Positions 1 to 12,511 of a stretch of 64,000 nt of DNA are shown here, piece after piece. Numbering within the stretch: the first letter of the stretch is position 1; each line of letters opens with the position of its first letter. Source of the DNA: Phoronis australis (taxonomy: Eukaryota; Animalia; Phoronida); NCBI GenBank assembly GCA_002633005.1, contig NMRA01000640.1:1-64000 (forward strand), in the 5' to 3' direction. The notes below the pieces were generated by a model. The model was not told where the DNA came from. It saw only the letters and a list, made by a program, of their open reading frames with translations, and made no database searches. Both the position numbers and the translations under genes were made by a program.

Positions 1-1746
1 TGTGCCCACCCCCCCTTAAATCCGCCTAATGTATGTGGTGGTATCCGGAGAACGAGGGGCTGAGGGGCGGAGGTGTTGGCGATAGGAAGGGGGAGGAGTA
101 GTTTGTCGAAGTCAAATTGGTTTGTTCCCCCCAATATTTTTTGCCTTCCTACGGGCTTGTGCTTTTGGTTGGCAATTAACCAACCAACCAACTCAATTGA
201 TGCCTTTTACTTTCCTCTCCCTTTGGAACATTTTACCATTTTACCACCAGATGGGGCACGTATTGGGTTTTGGATGTCAATCAGCTAACCCAAACTCACT
301 ACCTGTTTACTCTTTTCACGACTTAACCACCAGAAGGGTACTAAGCTATTGGTTGTTGGCCGTCAACCAACTAACTCTAGCTCACTAGGCCACGTTATAA
401 GATTCCGTGCTAGGTGGATTGAACAGGGGGAAATCCATCCCAATACTTCGCCAATTTAAAAAGAAGAAATTACTTTATAAAAATGTAATGAAGTCAATAA
501 ATTGCGAAGGAAACATTATCACAAGTCAGACCGATTTGCTGTCAGAATTCTATAGTTTTCATGTATCGCTTTACAGCTGTTAAAATAACGATCTGGATGA
601 CGTTGACTTACGTTCGTTATTATCGGCAAGGGGTCCCAAGCTCACACGATGCGCTTGAGAAAGAAAGTTCAACCAAGGAAGCTCTTGAAAAATTGCGATA
701 TAAGAAAAACAACAAAATGACAAATCCTGATGGCTTCTCATCTGAGTATTTCATTTTTTTGGAAAGATTTTTATGTCTTTATGGTGAGATGCTTCAATAA
801 AAGTTTCAAATTCGCTTGCTTACATGATCACCAATATCAAAGTGTAATTTATATTATTTGTAAGGGATAAAAGATGGCTTCTTGGCAATTCGTGCCCCAT
901 CTCCCTATTCAATATGAGCTGCAATGTTCTTTTGGGCCGTATTGCCCAACGTATTAAATCAGTCAATTAATAAGCTAATAAGTAACGAGCAGTCGTGATT
1001 TATAAAGGGAAGATTAACTGGAGAAAATACGAGAACAATACAATGTATAAGAAATACATGTACTTCATTTCACGGGGGAATATACATGAAGTATCCCAGG
1101 CTTTTAGTAAGGGTATATTTCGAAAGAGCTTCTTATTCTGCCTCATGGATCTTTATATACAACACTTTGTTTTTTATAATTGCAAAAAAATTCTTGAATT
1201 GTGCTCGCTTTCTGAACCAGGGTGCAAAACTTTGTATTATTCAACAAGGGTACACGTCTGTTTTTTAAATTGGTCGCGGCTGCCGTCAAAGAGACCCTCT
1301 CTCTCTCCCTATCTGTTCATTGTTTGTGTCAAGGTTATGGCCACAATATTTCGCCAAATTAATAAAGCATGTGGTATCGCTATAGGCTCACTGTAGTATG
1401 CCGATAATACATTTCTTTGTTTGTATGGCTCTAACGAATCACTAATACATTCTGTGAATTTCTTGGACCAGCTGTCAGACGATTGTCTGTGTGGGTTTGT
1501 TTAAAAGGTAGCTATGCTTTGAAGTTGTGCGTAGATGGAGAGTGAATAATCAAATCCAGTAATTAATTTATTATATGATAACCCCTAATTAGACGAATGA
1601 AACCTATTGTTAATTAAGTAATCAACTACAAAGAGAAACTACGCTAGCGCCCTCTTTAAAGATTACTTTAATCAAACAACCAAACGATCAAATGTCTTAT
1701 CTGCTATCCAAGCTAGGACTCTCCACTTGTTGGATGTCTGTCCTGT

Positions 1747-2099
1747 NNNNNNNNNNNNNNNNNNNNNNNNNNNNNNNNNNNNNNNNNNNNNNNNNNNNNN
1801 NNNNNNNNNNNNNNNNNNNNNNNNNNNNNNNNNNNNNNNNNNNNNNNNNNNNNNNNNNNNNNNNNNNNNNNNNNNNNNNNNNNNNNNNNNNNNNNNNNNN
1901 NNNNNNNNNNNNNNNNNNNNNNNNNNNNNNNNNNNNNNNNNNNNNNNNNNNNNNNNNNNNNNNNNNNNNNNNNNNNNNNNNNNNNNNNNNNNNNNNNNNN
2001 NNNNNNNNNNNNNNNNNNNNNNNNNNNNNNNNNNNNNNNNNNNNNNNNNNNNNNNNNNNNNNNNNNNNNNNNNNNNNNNNNNNNNNNNNNNNNNNNNNN
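1747..2099. other. Assembly gap (N run)
   Basis: Run of n characters; the ORFs called across it are artefacts. Confidence 0.99.
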
Positions 2100-3634
2100 T
2101 ATTATTGGCTGTTACAATTTGTTCTCAGAATATTCTAGAATCTCTAGAGTACTTTGACCCCAGAACCCAAAGTTGTAAACACCATCTAAAAATAGATTTT
2201 GACGTTAAAATACATGTCAACAAGTCTGACCCCATGATTTAAAAGTACATATGCACAAATTTTGGGCAACTTAAAATGGATCTATTCTTACTAATTACTT
2301 AATCAATATTTATTCTGACACCAGCTTTGCAAGTTCTCTTTTTGAAATTCAACCTTGAAAAATTCATTGTATATGGATTGGTTCAATGAAACTCATTTCA
2401 TTACACTTGTGCCCAGAATTTGATCTCTACTGGCTTAGAGATTCATTTAGCCTCCTTGGTATCAACTTTTTATTAATCTAAGAAAAATGTTAATTACATA
2501 TAATAACTATGATGACAAAATTTGTGAGGAAAGATCAACGTCAAAAAAGTTCTCCTTTAGCAATATACAACGGTCATTAAAGGAGAATTCAACCAAAAAA
2601 ACAATCTGTTTTGTATCAATTTAGATCGAGTATTTCCATTCGATAACAGCAAGTACAGTTCTTTTACCCGACACATGTAGGCAGACGGAGTTGTTGAAAT
2701 TAACCAATGACGTGAGAGGTTCGAACGCAGTTCACGACACGCTTACTGGGTATCAGTTTATCGCTTGAATTTATCGTTTTACACCTATTAATCATCAAAT
2801 TTCGATGTAAAACCTTTACAAATACGTCGACTTATTGAACAAACGTGTTGTTTTATTTCGTTGTTACGCATTTATAGGTATTTGAACGTACTGTAGCCTA
2901 CAAAGTTCGGTAGGCCAATTTACCAAGGGCGGTCACGGGAGTTTGTGGAGTCTGTTCGGTGATAAATTCGAATTATTCGTGCGTAAAATACAGCCAGAAG
3001 AACATAACTGTGTGTTGTAATTTTAGACTTGCGGTTTATTTCAGTTCTAAACACATAAAACGCTTGTTATCCCGGCCAGTGGCTCGGAACCCAACCAGGC
3101 CAGTCGCGGCCGAACTGAAGACATCATGATGAACATAAACCAGCCAAAGTTGGAAACTGAACTTTCAGTCACGAAACGACTATACTAGTGAGTCAAATAA
3201 ATAATGTGCATGTGATTATTTTGTTGAATTAGCCGTGAAACTGCAAATCTACTAACTAGCTCGTCGGGGACCGCAAAGTCAGGTTACCTTTCCACAGAAC
3301 CGTCAGGGCAAAAGTTGTACAGTAGCAATAATTCCAATAATGTATGTGAATATCTACATGTAAATGAATATTCCCCTAACATCTGACTATAGGACATAAA
3401 ATCGAGTTATTGTTTCACAACAGCTTTCTGTGAGCAAACACTGAAATAGGATGCGCTCAAACGGCCTCGGTGCCGGTCAATTAGTTTAGTGAATCTAAAG
3501 CCGGTAACGCAGCGATTTATTCATTGCTGATTTCTCAAAAAATTTGCACTCAAGAACACTCAAGAGGCATTACGAATTGTATCTAATTAGACAGATTTTG
3601 ATTCAGTTTTATTTAAGCATTGGTTAGGGTGAGA

Positions 3635-4104
3635 ATGTTCCGTTTTGAAACAGAACGCACAGTAGTAAACGTCAAAGTGGCAACTCGCAATCCCGACTTG
3701 GACAAGTGCTCATCCGACGAAAACTTCACAGGTCGATCGATAGGTTTCGCAGGCTATCAGTTCGAACAGGAATACACTGATCAAGAAATACTAGAGAGGC
3801 GCCGTGAACGTGCACATAACGGAACATATTGGTAGCTGGGAAAACTCTTTGAATGACTGGCTTGGCATGGTGTCAGTGCGCTAACTGCACGATAATGGAA
3901 ACGACTGACGCTTGCGTTTGCTGTCACAAATTTCCGCAATGAAACGCCTTCTTGGAGAAGCGCAGATGTGTCTCACGGACCATCTTGATTTTGCTCCGCA
4001 TCTAAACAAAGGTTATGTGTGCTTACGACGTTTTTTAGGGCTGGGAAAAAGAACTGGCGAAAACATCCTACACGCAGACTACTAAACAGAAGCCTGACAA
4101 ACGG
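3635..4104 (+). pseudogene. KolX-like / P2X7 cytoplasmic-ballast-like Zn-binding Cys-rich protein remnant
   Basis: GFAGYQFEQEYTD followed, after a stop or frameshift, by LAWCQCANCTIMETTDACVCCHKF...CLTDHLDFAPHLN. This matches the W-C-x-C-x2-C...C-x-CC signature. Confidence 0.7.
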
Positions 4105-4263
4105 GTCAGTCATCAAACATTATGTTTTCATGCCTTGAATTAATTGTAACTGGTTATGTTTTAATGGCTAACTAAAATTCTCCATAATCAAAAACTGATC
4201 AGCAATCGATCCGCGTTTCTTTGTCTCCTGCTTGTCGAACGCAAACACACTATAGGCAAAACA

Positions 4264-4539
4264 TTAGACTTCAGCATCAGTCTCTTTTTCTGCCCTGGCA
4301 TGAGCTATTTGGTAAGCCGGCATTCCATCGTCAGTGAAATCACTGTCGATAAAATGCCGGCCACAGACACGGAGAAGTTTCACGGCCTCATACTTGGTAT
4401 TAACAGCGTACTTTTCATTGTTCACTACCTCGAGCCACTTCCAACGCATGATGAACTCTCGAGGAAGTCGAAAACACGACATGCACGCCTTCCTCGCAAC
4501 TTCATAGTTCGCTCAAGCGGGAGCGATACATCACACCAT
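4264..4539 (-). pseudogene. THAP zinc-finger N-terminus of Kolobok transposase (disrupted, truncated)
   Basis: MV*CIAPA*ANYE...CFRLPREFIMRWKWLEVV...LRVCGRHFIDSDF: a C2CH THAP pattern with two in-frame stops. Confidence 0.75.
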
Positions 4540-5782
4540 AGCGGCACTCACTACAGAAGAACCAGTGACGTTGCTGCGCCGTTTCTCACCTTCCTCACGG
4601 GTTAATGCGACACTTCTCGGCGAGGTAAACTCGACGGTATACAAGGTGATGTGGATATAGACCGATAAAAATGGTAAAAAAGACTAATTAAATAGGGTGG
4701 CATTCTCCTTTAAATCTTTTGTCCAGCAAAATTGGTCAACCTATTGACAACATTGAATTGCTAGATAGACTATTTTATACTTTCATCTGGGACAAAAAAA
4801 AAACTAACAAAATTACGAGAACTACCTTCATTAAAGATTTTTCGCTGGAAGAGTACAAAATGGTTCATCCACAAATCCGCCCACTTGATTTGATTTGCAA
4901 GATATTAGTGTGGGCGATGTAATAACGCGTCAGCTTCGTTCAACATCTTTATTCTTGAAGTGACGGTTATCTACAAACGTTAAATAAAGTTTGTCAGACA
5001 ACAGAACCAAACAATACGGTTAGCACACGGGACTCGAACTTGCATCAAACGAAACCATCACAAAGCAGCCGTTGCAGTTCAACAATTAAACATTAGGCAT
5101 ACAATATCCAGCAGACCTACATGAATAGACTGAACGTTGAATAACATGTACTTGCCGGAGTTTTCCGCGTGGCCCAGCTAATGATCTCTCTACAATGCAT
5201 CACTACATGCCGAGAACCAGTATTCGAACTGGGCGCTGTAAATGACCACTCAAGCTAAAAACCATCAAACAGTGCCCTGATTGGTTACATGACAATGGTA
5301 ACATATACTTAGCCAATAAATAATTACTTAGGAGCGGTATTAGACCACAATTACGATGCACCCTGAAAACGCCCTAAGGGTAAATACAACGCCCCCTAGT
5401 AGACATAAAGTGTCCTATCGAAGGACTGATGGTCGTGCATTAATACAAGACTTTCTCCCACTGTGTCTACGCCCTTGCTGTCCCATCTGGACTGCTCGAG
5501 CACACCTTTATTCGTTGTCTGACTATCTAACCTCCCTTATTATTCTATATATATATATATATGTCTGGGTCTTTAGATCTTTTCCTTGTTGGCTTTCCAG
5601 TGTTGTACCCCAGTCCGTGCCTACCCTGGCTAGCTGTTCCTATTCATTGCTTGTGCCTCAGCCAACCTTCTGCTTCGCTGGACCACTTTCTGCCGGTGCG
5701 CGAATAAAACATCAAAGCAACCACCGACTAAAAGTTAAGAAAATGTATTTTTATAACCGAAAACAATTACATATTATAGGCT

Positions 5783-5930
5783 CATGGGCGGCGCAGCTGT
5801 GAAATAAGTGAGGGGGCTTCCAGCTACTACATGTATGGTGCATCACCCATGTTACACATGACGCGCAGCACTGAAAAACTCTAAGTGGAGGGTTATAGTA
5901 CCCCCAGCCCCCTATGGTGCGCAGCCCACG
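5783..5930. mobile_element. Small MITE with 5-bp TSD (hAT5-like)
   Basis: Ends CATGGGCGGCGCA / TGCGCAGCCCACG are inverted repeats. AGGCT flanks both sides (5778-5782, 5931-5935). Confidence 0.6.
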
Positions 5931-6859
5931 AGGCTGAGGTAATAAAGTTTAATGACCCGTCAAGTGTTAGTGTACGCAGGTCCTACAATGGAACAAGCTA
6001 CGTAAGCAGATTTTATATTGAAAAATACACTGAATGATGTTGTGCGAAACAGGAAACTTCCCTTTGTAAAACGCAGCGCTTTCGAGTTTTACTTCACGAG
6101 GCTCTGCTGCGTTATGCAAGGCCAGTCCACTCTCGTCTAAACTGTGAGTAGCGCACGTCGTCGTAACGTGTACACAGGTAAGTATAACTTGTGACCTCAT
6201 AATATATAACGCTATTTAACCAGGGCCTATTTTAGCATACCGGCTTCTGCCAAATGTTTGTAATACAAAAGAATTAAATCACTTTGTTTAGGCATATGCC
6301 TTTGCTGCTTTTTTGTGATATAAACTGGCCAGAATTTCATTCACGTGCGATAAAATGGACCAAAACATAAGTTCCTCAGAGTTCACCACAGGCGGACTTA
6401 GAAGACTTGTTCCGAAGGCGACCTAAAAATAAGGTTTACGCGACCATTTTCCCTACTAGAATTGTAGTTGGGCCCGCCCTTTGTAACATCCTAGATCGTG
6501 CAATAATCTGTTTAACTGTATACTTTCAATGAGTACTTCTCCAGAAAAATGATCAAGCTTCTTCGAATAGCACTCATTTATTCTCTGAAGCAGAAAGAAA
6601 TATGGGGTACTAGACATAGAAAAGAAGTTGAAATTGTTCGAACGAAATTCTGTAAATGGTTACTGTCAACACTGTCAACGCCATAACAAAGGAGAGTGTG
6701 GTCGTCGTGATTTATCTGTGTCTTTTATGTGTAGGTATGTAAAATGTTTCTGAATATATTGAAAATGTAAAAAGATAGACTTCAAAGGCAATGTTTCTCC
6801 TGTTACACGCAAAGGCAATTGCAGGGTCAAAATAATTGGTGTACCCCATTTAAAAATTG

Positions 6860-7093
6860 TTGTACACAGCTTATTTCGGTAATGTATGGTAGATTCAGGG
6901 CGTCGGTGATAAACAATATTTTTGTCGGAATTCAAAAAAGTCTGAGATATTATAACTTCCAACGTTGGTTGTCGGTGGTAGACAATACAAATACGCGTGA
7001 ATTTTACCCAGGAGTTAAGTCTGAGCTGTCTTGTGAAAAGTATTTATTTGGGGAGATGGCGCACCAGCAGATATTTTACATAACGACCATTAG
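6860..7093 (+). mobile_element. Short non-LTR retrotransposon ORF2 C-terminal fragment
   Basis: QRWLSVVDNTNTREFYPGVKSELSCEKYL resembles the post-RT 'Y..K.....EKYL' segment of CR1/L2-like LINEs. Confidence 0.4.
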
Positions 7094-7932
7094 GAATTGT
7101 TCTAAAACCCCCACAAACCCCTCGACCCCCACAAACCCCTCGACCCACGACTCCCTCGACCCACAACCCCCAAGATCGACCACGACCTATTGCGCTTTTT
7201 ACACATTTCATAATCATATTACATGACTTTATTTCCCACAAGACATATCTACACGAGAATATGCTCTGGCTCAACCTGGTAGTTAAAACATAAAGTGGCG
7301 TGAGAATGTGATCTGAATTAGCAGATTGTTGGCGTGTTGGCACGGAAATAGTTCCACTAGAGGTTAAAAATGGCCCAGTTCTACTAAACTTAGGGAGATA
7401 GTAAGTTAACCTGAATAAACATAATTTTACATTTTCATTATTTGCTTTCTGTTGTACACTTGTTTAAAATATACTCCACATAATGTTGAGCTACTTTTTA
7501 GTAAACAGTTTGTTTTCTCAAACTCTATTTAGTGATGAAATTTCATTTTTTTCGGCTCCTTGCACTCTCCGCAAAAAGGTTGAACCCGCCATTCACTGAA
7601 GAGCAGACGAGACGAGTAAACTCTGCCGCGAACGACATTTGTAACGTTAGCAGGTCTTTGATTTGATTTGGTCGCGTTGTTTTTTTTTTTTCTGGTGTTG
7701 GCTTTCAAATTTGCCGAATCGACTTTCTTAATTGGAAAAAAACAGGAAAAATCCGGACGAGCTCACAGCCCAACTCGTTGGTCCAGCACGTCAACGCTTG
7801 TTCTATGTTCAGATCGAGTTGAGCCGGGTTGTATGGATTGGGTTGAGGGGGGTGTGGGTCGCGGCAGACGAGAGTCGACGGGGTTGTGGGGTGTGGGGGT
7901 CGACGAGGTCGATGTAGTCTTAGAACAATCTG
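7094..7932. mobile_element. MITE with C-rich/G-rich subterminal tandem repeats
   Basis: Terminal inverted ATTGTTCTAA.AC / GT.TTAGAACAAT. Left arm has CCCCACAAACCCCTCGAC repeats, mirrored by GTCGA..GGGGTTGTGGGG on the right. Near-TSD ACCATTAG (7086-7093) / AACATTAG (7933-7940). Confidence 0.6.
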
Positions 7933-7999
7933 AACATTAGCAGCAGATTTCTTAATTGTCATTTAAAGTTAAACATGGTTTAAACTGGACTTAGACCAG

Positions 8000-8368
8000 G
8001 ACCCGGTCTCCAATCTTTTTACTCGAAATGGAACTCGAAATTAGGTTTGGCATTTTCTACTCTACTTTTAGGCTCGAGTACACAATAACTTACGTAGATA
8101 ATTTATTGCCCTTAGTTCACAGTTTGTAAACCCAATATTAAAGCAATAAGTTCGAGTTTGAACTCGAAATTTCGAGTTTTTACTCGAGTTTGTAGTACAA
8201 ATATAAGTGTCTTCAAGAGCAAACTTGAACTAGAAACTCCTATGCATAAACTATAATGTATTCGAGCACAGTCTGAAACCAATTATCTTAAGTTTGCACA
8301 AAAGGAGCAGAGAAATTGCCAAAAATAGTTTCGAGTTCGTTTCGAGTACAAAGATTAGAGACCGGGCC
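8000..8368. mobile_element. PIF/Harbinger-type MITE nested in another repeat
   Basis: TIRs GACCCGGTCTCCAATCTTT / AAAGATTAGAGACCGGGCC, 3-bp CAG TSD (7997-7999, 8369-8371), and internal ACTCGAAA repeats. It splits an AAACCAGGTTTAA/GACCTGGTCTAA-rich element (~7960-8570). Confidence 0.7.
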
Positions 8369-10137
8369 CAGGTTTAAAGATAATCTGCATTTCATTAAGG
8401 TGGTTTAACTATTAGAGCAATGGTCCAGTAAAACCTGGTTTAACTTCAGTTTAGACCTGGTCTAAGTTAGTTTTCATGTCACCAACGATCAGGTCTATAT
8501 TCCTTAGACCTGTATTAAGATGTTAAACCAAGTTTAACTTGAGACTTGGTCAGACCCAGGCTTAATACTCCTAAATATGTCATGCTTGCACGATATAGGT
8601 GCAATAGGGCTATTCGACAAACTTTACATTACTAGAGGGCGCGCGTGTGCTAGTGGTGATAGATTAAGGAGCATCGATTTCTCGAGCCCTTTAATACATG
8701 CAGAAATGACTTTCAGCCGCGTGCCCACTAAATATGAAATGGCAGGAAAAGGATGCTTCTACGAGAGGAAGTAAGCATGATCTCATAGAAGGGTAAGGTT
8801 TGTGATTATTTTAACGATTATTCCATGTTTACAATACCGATGGCTGTTAACTGAGTTACCGTCCGATGTCGACTTCGCGGTAGTCGCCAGTCGGGTTAAT
8901 CATTGTTTGTTGTGAAGCTTACGATACTTTATGTAGCACTCGGGACATTTTCGTACGTCAAAGCAGTATTATTGTTTAGAATGATTTCTAACAGGCTTAT
9001 CAGTGACAGTTACATCAATCAATGCTGAATGCTTATGCTTGCTGTCAACTCGATATTGGTTAGTGAGGTAAGACTACAATAACAATACAAGCCCAAAGGC
9101 TACTTGACAAATATCCATTAAACTACATGTATTTGTTTACTCGTCCGGAAATCTATTACACGTTGACATGGAAATATATCATATCTGTTTTCACAAGAGC
9201 TTCGTGTTTTTAGGTTTGAGGGGTAGTTCCGTTCAGAGGAGATGTGCATCGCTTCTGCAACCGTCCCTGAATAACCAAAAGTTGGTTTTAAGCAGTTGAC
9301 TGCAGCTAACCAGAAAAATCTTCCTATCCAGTGCAGATTTGTTAATTTTATATTGGAGACAGAGAACAAAGCCTTTGAAAAAGGAGAGCTATTTTTAAAG
9401 AAAGGTAGTTAAGTTGTTTTGTTAATTTACTTATTCTAGTCCATAGCGGGAGGTTGGCATAGGGGGTTGGGGTTGTAAACTTTGGAGCAACTGGATGTGT
9501 CGAAACAACAGATAATAGTGCCCGGTGGAAAGAGTACGGTGAGGTAATTCTTAACCTTCATGGAGTTATTTCAAGTTTCATGAAACTGTTTTGATATTCA
9601 TTGTAAACTCATAAAAATATATTATATTTTCTTAATTCTCAATGACTGAACAGTCTTAACTCACGCCTTGAAATGTTGCAAAAGTCGTTTATAAACTTTT
9701 TTGACTGCCATTTTTTGTGAAAATTGCATTTTTGCTGTGAACATACGAGTGAGGTCGTATTTGAACATATCATTCTTACTGACAATGCGCAAACAATGGT
9801 GCCTTAGGATTTTTAATTAATCTTAAAATACAGAAAGGTTATCCATCATTTTAAAAGGCCCAAGTCTTTATATCTTCTATTGGAAGAAAAATCTGAGAAG
9901 CGGTTCCCTCAGCCTGAAACCAGAAGTGTGCTTGACTGACCCATTAATCAGTAATCGGTTTTTAAAATTGCTGAAAGTATCAAAACTCAGAAGGCTTGAA
10001 AATGGGTAACAAGGGTTTGAAGTGGTGTCAAATACCTTGCATATTTTGCAGAACGAAGTTTAAAGAATTGTTATGGCTGAAAAATAAAGACGCAGTCCTA
10101 TACAAATCAATACTTTCTGGTAACAGTAATTATTTAA

Positions 10138-11651
10138 TTTATTATGCGCCCACATATTTATATGTGGACACATTATGCCGTCATCTCATTCCGTCCGTCC
10201 GTCCGTCCGTCCGGGCGGCGTCCGGTGTCCGGCGTCCGCTGCTTTATCTCCAAAACCCTTTGACATACGTTCATGAAATTTGACACATGTGTTCCATTCA
10301 TGAATGGGACGGCATGTGCGAACTTTCGGACGGATCCGACTACCGGTGTGCCCCCTAGTGGCAATTTTATTTTTTTACGCTTACCTTTGTATCTTCAAAA
10401 GTCCTGAACGGATTTTCATGAAATTTGGTATGTAGGCACTTATTAGTGAGATGACGCTATCCTCCCGTTTTCAGATGGATTCGACATAGTTTGCGCCACC
10501 TAGTGGCCATTTTTAGTGTTTTCGAGTGTGATTTTGTGCGTCCACCCCTCTATCAACCAAACCGCTCAAATGATGATTGTGAAAATTGGCATGTATATGC
10601 TTACTATGTAGAGGACGGTTGACGATGATTTTCAGACGATTTGGACTACTGTGGCGCCTCCTAGTGACAGTTTTGTTTTTTTTGCGCGCCTATGGCTGTA
10701 TCTCCTAAACCGTTCGCAGGATCTTTACGAAATTTAATAAGTGTATTTATATTATGTTAACAACAGACGATGACGACGTTTGGACGGATCCGCCTACCAG
10801 TGTGCCCCCTAGTGACAATTTTATTTTTTTACGTTTACCTCTGTATCTTCACAAGTCCTTAACGGATTTTCATAAAATTTGGTATGTAGGCACCTATTAG
10901 TGCGATGACGCTATCCTCCCGTTTTCGGATGGATTCGACCTAGTTTGTGACACCCAGTGGCCATTTTTACTGTTTTTGAGTCTGTTTTTTGGCGTCCACC
11001 CCTCTATCAACCAAACCGCTATAAGTATGATTGTGAAAATTGGCATGTATATTCTTACTATAAAGAGGACGGTTGACGCTGAGTTTCCCATGACTTTGAT
11101 TACTGTGGCGCCTCCTAGTGGCAGTTTTTTTTTTGCACCCATGGCTGTATCTCCTAAACCGTTTGCAGGATCTTTACTAAATTTAGCAGGTGTATTTATG
11201 TGATGTTGACAACGGACGATGACGACTTTAGGATGATTCTGACTACCGGTATGCCTCTAGTGGCAATTTTAGTATTTTCCATTGACCTCTGTATTTTCAT
11301 AGGTCTTCAGGTGTATACTTTGTGTTACTTCGTGACTGTGAAGGAAAAGTTCCAAGTAGAAATTTGTTTCTGGCATTCTAATGCTGTGCTAATCTCGTAT
11401 GTTGGTAAATTTGTTTTTAATTCTATGTTTCTGTGGTGCTTTAAGCAACTGGTGTATAGGATGTGCTTGTATTATGAAGATTACTCACATTTTGCCCCTA
11501 GCCTATTGAGGAGACAATGACCATGCCTTTCCATTTTGCAAAGTATGCCCTCTACTGGCCACTTTATGGTACCAATAAACAACCCTAGAAGGATACCGTA
11601 TGCGGTGCAATTGTGGGCGCATTTCAACGCTCTGCGTTAATTGCTCTTGTG
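10138..11651 (+). mobile_element. Helentron-associated (HINE/DINE-1-like) non-autonomous element, copy 1
   Basis: 5' subTIR ATGCGCCCACA with an adjacent inverted copy, (GTCC)n microsatellite at 10191-10212, ~455-bp tandem core, 3' subTIR TGTGGGCGCAT (11612-11622) and terminal hairpin AACGCTCTGCGTT. A closely related inverted copy lies at 58122-59060. Confidence 0.75.
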
Positions 11652-11849
11652 TGTGAAATTTTAAAGCAGTTACCATATCATATTTTTGAAAAACAAGGGC
11701 AACGTTTTTGATCCAACCTGGCGTACTTAATTATTCATGTTTCAATATTTGTTCCAGATTTAGCGACATTTTAATGCCACTTCAAGCCGCAGCATAGACA
11801 AGCTTTGTTACTCCTTTCTTTTCCCACAGCATGTCATCCACACATCAGC

Positions 11850-12270
11850 AGTGCTGCATGGCACGATGTGCAAGCCAGTGGCCCTGGAGAAATGTGAATC
11901 GCAGAACTACATGTAAGTTGTCTTCAGAAAATGTGGCAGTGGATTGTTTGTATGTGAAGAGGAACTATACCTGACTGCTACACCAGCCATGCAGCCTCAT
12001 TGGTGAGGATGCCCTTTTATAGGCAATGAGTCACGTGTGGAAAACAATGGCTTGTTTCCTTTCCTGGAAGAAACATGACGGACTGAAGCTAAAGAAGACC
12101 TAGTAACACTCTGGTCTAGTTCCGGTTTTGGGCACAAAGCGAGTCAAGTGGAATGATGTTGGGTTTACCTTCAAGGATCTAATTGTGGACGTTATTGAGG
12201 CTGAATGAGGTTACATAAGGAAAGCCGAAACTGGACCTTTTTTACAAGCGCTTCTATAGGCCATTGAAGC
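11850..12270 (+). pseudogene. YqaJ/lambda-exonuclease-like domain remnant
   Basis: Piecewise translation TSAVLHGTMCKPVALEKCE...GSGLFVCEEELYLTATP...KWNDVGFTFKDLIVDVIE...KLDLFYKRFYRP follows the order of YqaJ motifs. It has stops and frameshifts. Confidence 0.55.
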
Positions 12271-12511
12271 TCGATCCCAGTGAAATGAAAACCAAAAGCA
12301 TCGGGTATAAATACCTTGTCTTTCTCACTGAGTGACATTAACTTTTCCTTTCAGAAGGAAGGCTTTAAACTAATGCTTGGCATTATGCGGAAATGACATT
12401 CAGTGACTGCATCGATTGTCAAATTGTCAGTAAAAAGACCGTTAATGTTACACTTTGATGATCGAATAAATTTTTCATCAACACTCAAGTTTGTCACTAA
12501 TTATTCAAACC

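Larger units (their letters stand above)
2581..4709 (-). mobile_element. Internally deleted Kolobok-type DNA transposon (copy 1)
   Basis: TTAA at 2577-2580 and 4710-4713. Imperfect short TIRs AGGAGAATTCAACC / GGGTGGCATTCTCCT. Convergent THAP (-) and Cys-rich KolX-like (+) remnants inside. Confidence 0.8.
388..4870 (+). mobile_element. Degenerate L1/Tx1-type LINE ORF2 remnant, interrupted by the assembly gap and a Kolobok insertion
   Basis: Frameshifted translations give collinear L1-type ORF2 motifs: GHVIRFRARWIEQG..PSQYFANL (~388-460), PDGFSSEYF (~727), RPISL (~892), SLSPYLFIVCV (~1298), YADNT (~1397, RT YADD-like), and after the Kolobok FYTFIWDKKKTNKITRTTFIKDFS (4773-4845). Confidence 0.75.

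Noticed and set aside
1692-2242. Long ORFs in the track
   Set aside because: They span the N gap.
5465-5722. Possible solo LTR (TGT start, TA-rich box, AATAAA near the end)
   Set aside because: No clear terminal CA with a TSD and no second copy in the window.
11200-11520. ORF nearly identical to 58180-58473, suggesting a duplicated small gene
   Set aside because: Lies within the two copies of the HINE-like repeat; no protein motif, and stop positions differ.
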